From Anolis carolinensis (lineage: Eukaryota): a stretch of 64,000 nucleotides of DNA. Within the stretch, counting starts at the first letter, position 1. Every line of letters starts with the position of its first letter. The stretch spans positions 13,371,325 through 13,435,324 of the forward strand of contig NW_026943826.1 in the NCBI RefSeq assembly GCF_035594765.1, given 5' to 3'. Positions 41,165 to 52,827 of this stretch are shown in pieces. Both the position numbers and the translations under genes were made by a program. Below the pieces are notes generated by a model, which saw only the letters and a list, made by a program, of their open reading frames with translations, made no database searches and had not been told where the DNA came from.

Positions 41165-42221
41165 GGGTTTCGTCCACACCTATGGCAGGCATCCTCGGAG
41201 GTTGTGGGGTATCCATGTCCTCCAACATGATTCTATGGTATGCTTCCACCAGAGGTTGAGCGTTGAGGAACCCGTTCCTTGTCGTTCTCCAGATGTTGAG
41301 ACACACTTAGGAAGAGATTCCGTTACATAGAACATTGGGTTGACCTTTGAGAAACGTGTTCTTCTTATGACGAAGAACATGTACCTCAACAGTCAACCCC
41401 ATGTTCCATGTAACACTATCTCTTCCTAAGTGCATCTCAACATCTGGAGAACGACAAGGAACGGGTTCCTCAACGGTCAACCCAATGTTCTATGTAACGC
41501 TACCTCTTCATGAGTGTATCTCAACATCTGGAGAACGACAAGGAAAGGGTTCCTCAACGGTCAACCCAATGTTCTATGTAACACTACCTCTTCATGAGTG
41601 TATCTCAACATCTGGAGAACGACAAGCAACGGTCAACCCAATGTTCTATGTAACGCTACCTCTTCCTAAGTCTTTCTCAACATCTGGGGAACACTCCTGT
41701 GTCCCTTCCAAAAGAATTTTCCTTAGTTCTTGTGGAAGGAAACGTCCAAAAAAGACTCGTCATGTGGGCATAGAGGGCAGAGCTTGGAAATGTGGAACCA
41801 ACAGTACAAGGGACGGGTCTCTTTGGACTTCCCTTCAACAAGAACTAAGAGCAATTCGACGTGGATATGGAACCCCACCATGACTTGTATCAGGACATTC
41901 TTGGACTTCCATTGCGCATCTTGAGTTATTCTTCGTTGAACCCGCTCTTCTTAACTTCAGACAAGGTTGGGAGATGTCTTGAGTTTGCTGGGAGCTCCCG
42001 TTTTGGGGTCATCTGGACAGCTGGAATGGGTGCTAGTTGAACTTGTTCTCTGTCTGAACCGTACACCAGCCCAGGAGGAAAGGGAATGGATCCTATGCGT
42101 GTTGCCGTTGTTGCTGATCCCAGCTGTCTATAGAGCACTGTGTAAGCAGCTGGTCCTCATCGGTGTCCCAATATGACATTGTGATTATCTGTTGATTCTT
42201 GGGCTCGGTCCCCATGAGAAC

Positions 42222-42276
<55 letters not shown>

Positions 42277-42903
42277 GAAAAAGGCACCATTGAAGTGAAG
42301 ACAAAGGTAGGTCGGGAGATGAGCCCTCTTGTTCTTTCCAGTTGTAGAGATGCTTCTTCTGATATTAGAATGGGGCACCAACAATGGCCAGGAACTCAGA
42401 TGGCTAGGTGAGAGTAGCCCTGCCAACACACAAGGTGAAGTGATGAACAACTTGAACAACTGTCTCGGTCTTTTGGACCATATGGATCCCATCCAAGCAC
42501 CGCGACGGGTTTGTGAATCTGTTGAGACACACTGCTGCGTCCCTTCCAAAAAGGCAACCTGAAACTCCAAGGTTCTCTATCCATTTAGACACTAAGAGGC
42601 GTTTAGTTGAACAATACGTTTAGTTGAACAAATCCCTCTGTCGGGTGGACAAGTGCCACACACTGAGGACGCAGCTCCGGGGTTTTTATAGTCAAAGGTT
42701 TTAAGCATGGACATGCAAGGTATTTCATAATACTTCCCTTTCCCTTTGTTCTGATCTGGTGACTCCTTATCAGCAATTGACAGTAGCCATGCCGCATAAA
42801 GCGGTGCGTAAATTTTCTACTCAAGAGATGTATTATCTTTCAAGCTGCATAGGTCAACAGGTCCTGGTGATATTATTTTCATCTTTATATTTTCTATAAA
42901 CAG

Positions 42904-43425
42904 GGATCCATTTTAGAAAAACTTGGCATCCAGAATAAGTACAGATTCGTGCACAGGATCGGTAGCTTACTGATATCCAAGTGGAGCTCAACACTGACGA
43001 TCAAGGACTTTGATTTTGATGGCGTTCCGGTCAGAGTGTATTGGCCTAAAACGACTACTTCTGGGAAGAGAAGAGGAGTGGTTGTCATTCCTCCATGTGC
43101 TGCCATTGTCAGAAATATATGTAAGTTCTCCTGGAAACAGGGTTCGGGTGGAGTATATAGGACATTTCTATGTGCACAGTCATGAATCCCATTAGTAATA
43201 ATCTCTCTTGAATCATGATGTGTTTTTCAGGGATAGGAGACCCACTATGCTGCTTAATTTCCCAGGAGACTGATTCTGTCACTGTGAACATTGCGTAAGT
43301 GACTTCACCCTCATTCTGGTCGTATAGAATGTATTGTTAATGTATTTGCGCTGTTACTTTTGTAACATTGTGAGCCGCCCCAAGTCCCCACGGGGAGATG
43401 GTGGCGGGGTATAAATAAAGTTTTA

Positions 43426-43463
<38 letters not shown>

Positions 43464-45430
43464 GAATATACGTTCTCCCACACTATTCGATCCATTCCCT
43501 TTCCAAGAGACAACTCCATGTTTCCAAAGAAGTGTTCCCTTCCTCCATTAGCCGTCTTCCCATTGGAGGAGCCAACAAACAAGGGAGGAGTGTGTTCTCC
43601 TTAAGTCTTTTCCCTCTCCTCCAACTCAGTTCCATGGTGTGCTTCCACCAGAAGTTGACCATATGGTTATCATGGAGGACCTGGATATTCTAGGGATTGT
43701 CTCTCTTGACACATTTCCTATAACTTCCAACTCTATTCCAGGGTGTGCTTCCACCAGAAGTTGACCATATGGTCATCCTGGAGGATCTAGATCAGGGGTC
43801 CCCAAACTAAGGCCCGTGTGCCAGATGCGGCCCCCCAAGGTCCTTTGCCTGGCCTCTGTCCTAAACTTTAGACTTAGGGTTGACCTTAGTCTACCTGGTC
43901 TTTGGAGCTCTCTTTGCTTATCTATGGTCTTATGAGATCGTCTAGATGGTCTTTGGAGGTCACTTTCCTTACCTATCATCCTATGAGACCATCTAGATGG
44001 CCTTTGAGGGTCCCTTTCCTTACCTAGGGTCTTATGAGACCATCTAGATGGTCTTTGGAGGTCACTTTCCTTACCTATGGTCTTATGAGATTGTCTAGAT
44101 GGTCTTTGGAGGTCCCTTTCCTTACCTATGGTCTTATGAGATCAGGGGTCCCCAAACTAAGACCCATGGGCTGGATGTGATCCTCCAAGGTCCTTTACCT
44201 GGTCTCTGTCCTAAACTTTAGACTAAAGGTTGACCTAAGTTTGCAAGGAGTTGAAGGCAAACAACCACAACAATCCTAATTTTGGACTATTTCATCATAG
44301 TCGGGCCCCCCAATCTTCTGAGGGACCGTGAACCGGCCCTCCACTGAAAAGGTTTGAGGACCCCTGATCTAGATATTCCAGGGAATGGCTCTCTTGACGC
44401 ATTTCCTATGACTTCCAGCTCGATTCCATGGTGTGCTTCCACTAGATATTGATGACAAGGTCCTACACATTCTACGATGGGTTTCCCTTTAAGACTGTTC
44501 ACTGTCCTCAACCCCATTAGCCCCCATTAGCCTGATGTTGACCGCAACGCGTGAAGCATCTAAAACTGACAGTGGAGGGGGGGAAACATCCTAAAATCCA
44601 GAGAACGTTATCCTGTAGAGTTACATATTCAGACGGTTTCTTGCTTCTGCTTCAGGTTTCGTTTGGCGCCAGAGCATATCTTCCCGATCCCACTCATGGA
44701 TTGCTGCAAGGCTACCGCACACTTCTTGAAAAATGCAGCGGAATTCGGAGTGGACCCAAATCGCATCACTATCTTGGGAGAATGTAGCGGAGGGACATTT
44801 GCTGCCGTCGTTTGTCAACAGTTGGCGGCCAGGCCGGATCTCCCAAAGCCTTGCGCTCAGGTCCTAATCTATCCCTATTTCCAGGCCATCGATTTCAACT
44901 TGCCTTCGTATCAGCAGAACCAGAGAGTCCCCATGTTGTTCAAGAAACGGGCCTTGAGGATGGGTATGGTGTATCTGACGGGGAAGATGTTCAACGTGGA
45001 GGTCCTCATGAGGAACGCTCACCTCCCCAAACACGTCTGGATGAAATTCAGGAAGTGGGTCAGTCCCGACCTCATCCCGGAGAGATTCAAGGGCCGGGGT
45101 TATGTGCCCATGGAGAGGCCTGAGTTTAGCCCAAAACTTTATGAACAATGCAAAGAAATAACCAACCCCATGTTTTCCCCGCTGTTGGCAGAGGATGACG
45201 TGATCCGACAGCTCCCCAAGACTTTCATTCTGACCTGTGAGTACGATGTTTTCCGAGACGACGGGCTCTTGTACAAGAAGCGGCTGGAGGACAACGGCGT
45301 CCCAGTGACGTGGTATCACATTGAGGACGGATTCCACTGCATAACGGCTGTCAGTGTCATTCCGCTCCTGGAATACCCAACTCAGAAAATCCATTTCCGA
45401 CATGTGACTGATTTCATTAACAGTATATAA
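42904..45430 (+). CDS. AADACL3/4-like gene G, exons 2-4 only (42904-43120, 43231-43294, 44656-45430), Cys type. No adjacent exon 1; possibly a pseudogene
   Basis: Open, correctly phased exons; GECSGG (44783-44785). Upstream intron-1 homology ends near 41700 with no exon 1 or promoter. Confidence 0.8.
43793..44366. mobile_element. Same hAT-type element in gene G intron 3
   Basis: CAGGGGTC TIRs with a perfect 8-bp TSD ATCTAGAT (43785-43792 and 44367-44374). Confidence 0.88.
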
Positions 45431-45895
45431 GGCACATGTTCTATTTTTGCTTTCTGTGAGTTTTTCGGGCTGTAGGGTCACGTTCCAGCAAAATTCTCTC
45501 CTTTGTTGCTTTCCCAAATGTTAACTTCCGCTCTAGATAGATGGAGTAAGTAGACTGATTGTCTGAATTACGGTAAATATATATACTGTATGTCTACACA
45601 CACTTCCTCTCTCCTGTGTGACTCAGTGTGAGTATCTGCTTATGTTGTATGTGATACACCCTGCAAGATCAAATACTCAGCCCAAACCCTGTGGGGACAA
45701 CGATCAGGAAGAAGGAGGTCAACCTTATAGGGACAGGCTTTCAGGGGAAGGAGATCAATAATAATAAATAATAACAAAACTTTATTTATACCCCACCACC
45801 ATCTCCCCGCGGGATGGGAAAAGAGCCAAAGGTTGTCTTCTCCTCCCTCTAGTGGTGAGCCAGTCGTCTATATATTGGAACCTCATTTGATACTA

Positions 45896-46211
45896 CAGTA
45901 GAGTCTCACTTATCCAACACTCACTTATCCAAGGTTCTGGATTATCCAAGGCATTTTTGTAGTCAATGTTTTCAATATATCGTGACATTTTGGAGCTAAA
46001 TTCGTAAATACAGCAATTACTAGATAAAATTACTGCATATTGAACTACTTTTTCTGTCAAATTTGTTGTATTTGTTTGGTGCCTAATTTGTAAAATCATA
46101 ACCTAATTTGATGTTTAATTGGCTTTTCCTTAATCCCTCCTTATTATCTAACATATTCGCTTATCGAAGGTTCTGCCAGCCCATTTAGCTTGGATAAGTG
46201 AGACTCCACTA
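45896..46211. mobile_element. Tc1/mariner-pogo-type MITE (partial copies near 24222 and 33448)
   Basis: CAGTAGAGTCTCACTTATCCAA ... TTGGATAAGTGAGACTCCACT TIRs, TA at the left flank. Confidence 0.7.
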
Positions 46212-47210
46212 AGGATTCTTCAGGGACCATAGGAAGCAAATGCGAAACAGCAAACCTAACCAACAAATCCGTGTAATACCCACCTGTTGCAAATGAACAT
46301 GAACCCAGCTCTCCACTCAAAGAGAGTCATTCAGGGAGAAATAATTATACAATATTCTTGTGAAATAAGGCGGCGAGATGTTGTGTTGTGTTGTGTTGAT
46401 TTTCCACCTGACAGGATTTGTGTGTTCCAGTGCAATACCAAATAATGTGTGCTAAGATATGACAACGCATAAGTAGCCTAAGTAGACATATTCATCAGAC
46501 CTATTGGCTGGACTGGCTTTTCACAGTGGTAATAGCTACTCACTAAGCTTCCTACTCACTAAGCTGCCTTCTCTATCTCTTTGATGCTTATCCTCACCGG
46601 ATTGATCCCCCACCTATGAAGTTGATTGAATTGCATTGGTGGTTGTTTGAGATTATTATTGTTGTATTAACTCATGAGTTATTACCTCATTGTGTTTTCA
46701 CTTGTGTATATTGTGTAAATGTATTTATGTCGTCACTTCTGTGAACTATGTTGTCCCATGTGAGCCGCCCCATGGTGGTGGGGTATAAATACATTTTTGT
46801 TATTATTTATTATTATTGATCTCCTTCCTCTGAAAGCCTGTCCCTATAAGGTTGACCTCCTTCTTCTTGATCGTTGTCCCCACAGGGTTTGGGCTGAGTA
46901 TTTGATCTTGCAGGGTGTATCACATATAACATAAGCAGATACACTGAGTCACACAGGAGAGAGGAAGTGTTTGTGGATATACATTATATATATTTATGTA
47001 TGTGAATATGCGTGTATTCATTTATTTATTTAATATACTGGTCTTCTCCCCCAGGGGAATCCAGAGCGGTCTTACACAATGGCAAAATTAAATGCCATGC
47101 TCGCCAGAACTGGTAGGACAGGCTTCAATATACAGTACTGTAAAAATATTAAAATTAAAATAGTGTCCCTACTTCACGGATTTTCACTTGGTCCTGCAAC
47201 ATAACCCCCA

Positions 47211-47339
47211 NNNNNNNNNNNNNNNNNNNNNNNNNNNNNNNNNNNNNNNNNNNNNNNNNNNNNNNNNNNNNNNNNNNNNNNNNNNNNNNNNNNNNNNNNN
47301 NNNNNNNNNNNNNNNNNNNNNNNNNNNNNNNNNNNNNNN
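47211..47339. other. Assembly gap (N run)
   Basis: Run of n. Confidence 1.
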
Positions 47340-48338
47340 TTTTGAATCGTATATCGGATTTATTTCGGATTGTTCTCGCTTTTTGATACGCATTCTGAGA
47401 CATTGTCTCACAGTGCAACCAGCAATGTAATTCGAACCATTATTGGCCCATTCTCTAATTGTCTTAATGTTTTGTTAATTTTTTACCCCCCAATTATTTT
47501 TTAAATATATATTTTTTTTAAATTTTCTAAAAAAAATGTGTTTCTGCAACCTACCTTGAATGGGAGCTTAGCGCAGCCTAACTTGGCTGCCGCTCCCCGG
47601 CCAATCAAAAGCTTCCACGATGGATGCAAAGGTGGGGGCTAGGTTCCTCTGCGTCCACGTGGAAGATTGCCATAAAAGCCCGTTGTGTAGCCCGGGCAAG
47701 CCATTCTGGGCTGGGCTTTGCGCGGAGAGGGTGGTGGTCGGCAAACAGAGAACAAGCAAGCCTCTTGAGGGGGAGAGAGGGTGAAGTGGCCCAGTCTGGC
47801 TGTTCCCACAGAGGGGTTTGGGGAAAAGGTTAGGGTTTTGTTGCTGGTTCTTTCTCTTAGCAAGGGAATTTCTAGTTTTCAAAGTATCTTTGCACTCCTT
47901 GCCAGGGCATTGCTTGGCGTGGTGGTCACTGGTCCATTTCTAATTGAAGGCATTGGGTTGAGGCTTGTGGGATTACATAGCCAGAGACACCATTGATTTC
48001 CAGTGTCCTTGCTTACAAATACAGCAAGAGATTTTCTAGTTTTCAAAGTATCTTTGCACAACTTGCAAGGGTATTGCAAATTTGATGTGGATAGCTCAAG
48101 AAATGAGGGCGGGAGAGCCCTGTAAAAGTCCCCCCCGCCCAGTTCTTTTTTTTTTTTTTTTGGCTATTGCGCATGCGCGTCCGCCATTTTAGAAACATTT
48201 AGAATCATTATGAATTTTTGGAAATATCCAAAAATTTTGGGTGAAAAAATCGGAAATAGTTTCTATGTCGAAGCGCTGGCGCCCCCTACTTTACAAACGA
48301 GAATTGAAACATTTTTTTCATCGATTGGACATGCCTAG
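47340..48338. mobile_element. Probable hAT-type element remnant next to the gap
   Basis: Right end (rc TAGGCATGTCCAATCGATGAAAAAAATGTTTC) matches the terminus at 4922. Confidence 0.45.
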
Positions 48339-48638
48339 TATGTATGTATATGTGTGTGTGTGTTTATTCATCTTTCAAAAGTACTTTGTAGAAACACAAC
48401 GACATCCCGACTACTGAATTGCGAAGATGTGCCTCTTGGATTCCTTCTCCTGGCAATCTCAGATAAGTTCTTGACAGCAAAAGGAAGCGTGTGTTTTTTA
48501 TTTACCGTAATCAGTCTACTTACTCCATCTATCTAAAGCGGAACTTAGCATTTGGGAAAGCAACAAAGGAGAGAATTTTGCTGGAACGTGACCCTACAGC
48601 CCGAAAAACTCACAGCAAGACAAAATAGAACACGTGTC

Positions 48639-50825
48639 TTATATACTGTTAATGAAATCAGTCACATGTCGGAAATGGATTTTCTGAGTTGGGTATTCCA
48701 GGAGCGGAATGCCAAGCCACACTGTTATGCTGTGGAATCCGTCCTCAATGTGATACCACGTCACCGGGACGCCATTGTCTTCCAGCCGCTTCTTGTACAA
48801 GAGGCAGTCGTCTCGGAAAATTTCGTACTCGCAGGTCAGAAGGAAAGTCTTGGGGAGCTGGCGGATCACGTCATCCTCTGACAACAGCGGGGAAAACATG
48901 GGGTTGGTTAATTCTTTGCATTTTTCATAAATTTCCGGTCTAAACTGAGGCCACTCCATGGGCACATAACCCCGGCCCTTGAATCTTTCCGGGATGAGGT
49001 CGGGACTGACCCACTTCCTGTATTTCATCCAGACATGTTTGGGGAGGTGAGTGTTCCTCATGACACCTTCCACATCGAACTCCTTCCCCGTCAGATACAA
49101 TGTGCCGAGCCGCAAGGCCCGCTTCTTGAACAACATGGGGACCGCGTAGTTCTGCTGATACGAAGGCAAGTTGAAATCGACGGCCTGCAAATAGGGATAG
49201 ATTAAGACCTGAGCGCAAGGCTTTGGGAGATCCGTCCTGGCCGCCAACTGTTGACAAACGACGGTAGCAAATGTCCCTCCGCTACATTCCCCGTAGAGAG
49301 CAATGCGATTTGGGTCCACTCCGTAGTCCGAGGCATTTTTCAAGAAGTGCGCAGTAGCCGTGCAGCAATCCATGACTGGGATCGGGAAGGGATTCTCTGG
49401 AGCCAAACGAAACCTGAAGAAGAAGCAAGAAACCGTCTGAATATGTAACTCTACAGGATAACATTCTCTGGATTTTAGGATGTTTCTCCCCCTCCACTAT
49501 CAGTTTTACATATTTTAGGCTCTGTTTTTGTGTACAGGATTCGGAAGATTCGGGGGATTCGAGGGATTTGTCTGCCGAGTCCATGAAAACGAGCCTGGAG
49601 CGGGGCAGCTGAAGCCTTAGCTGAGATGGATAACAGAAACCATAACAACAACAAGAAGAAGAAGTAGAAGAAGAAGGAGGAGGAGGAGGAGGAGGAGGAG
49701 AAGGAGAAGAACTTGTCCTGGCATAATATGTAAAGGAAAGTGAAAAATCTGCTTTGATTGAAGTCAAAAATCAGAAACTCTTCAACAAGAAGACTGCACT
49801 ACAAACTAGAGCTGACAGCTGGCACAACCTAGCATTGCATGGACAGTCCCTTGGAAAAATTGAAGCTGATAAGGAGAAAATCTGGCAATGGCTCACTAAT
49901 GGAACCCCGAAGAAGGAGACAGAAGGATGAAATCACTTACGCAATTGACACAAGGACGGAATCAGTCTCCTGGGAAATGTAGCGGCATAGTGGGTCAGCC
50001 AACCCTGAAAAACACATCATGTTTCAAGAACGATTATTACTGATGGGATTCATGACTGTGCACATAGAAAGATCCTATATACTCCACCCGAACTCTGTTT
50101 CCAGGAGAACTTACATATATTTCCCATAATGCCACCACCTGAAGGAATGAGAACCACTCCTCTTCTCTTCCCAGAAGGAGTCGTTTTGGGACAATACACT
50201 CTGACCGGAACGCCATCAAAAACAAAATCCTTGATCGTCAGTGTTAAGCTCCACTTGAATATAAATATGCTAGCGGCTCTGTCCAAGAATCTGTACTTAT
50301 TCTGGATGCCAAGTTTTTCTATAATGTATCCCTGTTTACAGAAAAATATAAAGGTGAAATTAATGTCACCAGGAGCTGTTGACCTATGCAGCTTGAAAGA
50401 CAATACATCTCTTGAGTAGAAAATTTAGGAAACGCTTTATGGCTACTGTCAATTGCCCACCCGACAGAGAGATTCATTCAACTAAACCTATTGTACCCAA
50501 TCTCCTTGCCTCTTAATGTCTAAATGGATAGAGACCTTGGAGTTTCGGGTTGCCTTTTTGGAAGGGACACAGCAGTGTGTCTCAACAGATTCACAAACCC
50601 GTCGCGGTGCTTGGATGGGATCCATATGGTCCAAAAGACCGAGACAGTTGTTGGAGCATCACTTCACCTTGTGTGTTGGCAGGGCTACTCTCAGCAAGCC
50701 ATCTGAGTTCCTGGCCATTGTTGGTGCCCCATTCTAATATCAGAAGAAGCATCTCTACAACTGGAAAGAACTAGAGGGCTCAACTCCCTACCTACCTTTG
50801 TCTTCACTTCAATGGTGCCTTTTTC

Positions 50826-50871
<46 letters not shown>

Positions 50872-52827
50872 GTTCACATGGGGACCGAGCCCAAGAATCA
50901 ACAGATAATCACAATGTCTTATTGGGACACCGATCAGGACCAGCTGCTTACACAGTGCTCTATAGACAGCTGGGATCAGCAACAACGGCAACACGCATAG
51001 GATCCATTCCCTTTCCTCCTGGGCTGGTGTACGGTTCAGACAGAGAACAAGTTCAACTAGCACCCATTCCAGCTGTCCAGATGACCCCAAAACGGGAGCT
51101 CCCAGCAAACCCAAGACATCTCCCAACCTTGTCTGAAGTTGGGAAGAGCGGGTTCAATGAAGAAGAACTCAAGATGCTCAATGGAAGTCCAAGAATGTCC
51201 TGATACAAGTCATGGTGGGGTTCCATATCCACGTCGAATTGCTCTTAGTTCTTGTTGAAGGGAAGTCCAAAGAGACCCATTCCGTGGACTCTTTCTTCCA
51301 CACTTCCGAGCTCTGCCCTCACTGCCCACATGACGAGTCTCTTTTGGACATTAATTAAGGCCAATTCGACGTGGATATGAAAACCCACCATGTACTCCAT
51401 CTCCCCCTTTTTAAATGAAAGGACTCTGATTCAACAACAAACTGCCCATCGCAGGATCCCGTCGGACATAGCCATGGTGTCGTAATGATCTCATAGTCTT
51501 GGAGAGGATACAGATCCCTCTAAAAGTTTCCAACCAGCACGTTTTGACTTTGGGAAGAAAGGCTCTCTCTGAAGAGAACGTTAGGAGAGAGCAATTTATT
51601 TATTGATTGATTTATTTATTTGCTACATTTATAATCCGCCCTTCGCACCCCGAAGGGGACTCAGAGCAGCTTACAATTTATATTTACATACGATATTATA
51701 TTATTAGCACAGTACAATACTGGCAATAATTTACTATATTGTACTGTATCAATATATTGTAATATTATTAGTAATATTACATGTAAAATATAATATATAA
51801 TTAATATTATTATATTGTATTATTAGTATTATATCATATTACAAAATAATATTATGAATATTATATGTATATACAATCTATATATATAAAAGAGTGATGG
51901 TATCATGGCGACCCACAAAACAACAAAACTACAGGCCCCCCAACCTCGAAATTTGACAACACAACCCATCATCCACACCTCTAGGTTGATACAACAAAAA
52001 GAAAAGAAAAATAAAGTCCTAATTTGAGAGAGAGGAAAAATTGCTTTTATCCAATTGCTGCCAGTTAGAAGGCTAAGCTCCTCCAACTTGGTCTCCTAGC
52101 AACCCAATAAAAAATAATAAAAAACACTAAAAATTAATACAATAAAATACTATAATAACAGAAAATAACTAAAAATAATACAAGAAAATAATAAAATATA
52201 ATAAATAAAATATAACTTACAATAAAATTAATTTAAAAATGCAAATAACATCAAATAAAAATTACACAACAATTTTTAACCAATACCACCACCACTTTGC
52301 CACAGCTACGTGTGGCCGGGCACAGCTAGTATGTTATAATTATTATATATTATATAATATGATCCCGGAAACAAATGGGTCTGGATTTGGTACAACATGC
52401 CGCCTTGTTTTAACCCCATCCAACTGGGCGCTTCCAAAACTGAGAAGTAGAACCATTTTGGCAGGCTGGAAATCCCAGCCGAAGCTTCGGAACCACGCGT
52501 CCCCATGAGCTGAGTCAAAGCCACCCAATGCCCTTCAGAAGGCCCTTGCCGTGGGGTGACACTGAGCAAAAGGAAATATCCAGATGATGATGCTGCCAAA
52601 ACATGTACAAAATGACACAGAGAAGGGCGTTAAAGATCAAGAAGACTTACCATGGACCCTACAAATTTGAAAAAGACATGCCAAAATCGTAGCTTTCCGG
52701 GGTATTTGATTCCCGGGGGAATGTTTAGCCTCCTCTGATCCCGATAAATGGCCCACGCGATCACCAAGAAGAGAGCGAGAAGGCTTGTATACAACACAGG
52801 CATTCCCAGAGAGGCAAGGGAGGCCAT
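48639..52827 (-). CDS. AADACL3/4-like gene H, complete, 410 aa, Cys type with acid Asp->Glu. Exons 52827-52651, 50331-50115, 50004-49941, 49413-48639
   Basis: Exons of 177/217/64/775 nt with AG/GT; GECSGG (49286-49284), TCEYEIFRDDC, DGFHS. Confidence 0.92.
49700..49927 (+). mobile_element. R4/Dong internal fragment in gene H intron 3, preceded by a compound microsatellite
   Basis: Matches the LQTRADSWHN...KKETEG region of the 28060 element. Confidence 0.7.
51877..52329 (+). mobile_element. Non-autonomous Helitron
   Basis: 5' TC, 3' CTAG, subterminal hairpin GCCAC..GTGGC, inserted between A and T. Confidence 0.75.

Larger units (their letters stand above)
33660..45810. repeat. Large inverted segmental duplication (33660-38480 vs 41710-45810; genes F and G)
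   Basis: Exons 2-4, introns, hAT insertion and 3' flank are mirrored. Confidence 0.85.

Noticed and set aside
44864-45517. Long antisense ORFs over exon 4 (also 3061-3603, 26010-26498, 34064-34594)
   Set aside because: Shadow ORFs of coding exons; endpoints differ between paralogs.
47155-47430. ORFs spanning the N run
   Set aside because: Gap artefacts.
13260-52827. Protocadherin/UGT1A-style variable-first-exon locus
   Set aside because: Most exon-1 copies have their own exons 2-4 and there is no single constant region. Cross-gene splicing cannot be excluded without RNA data.
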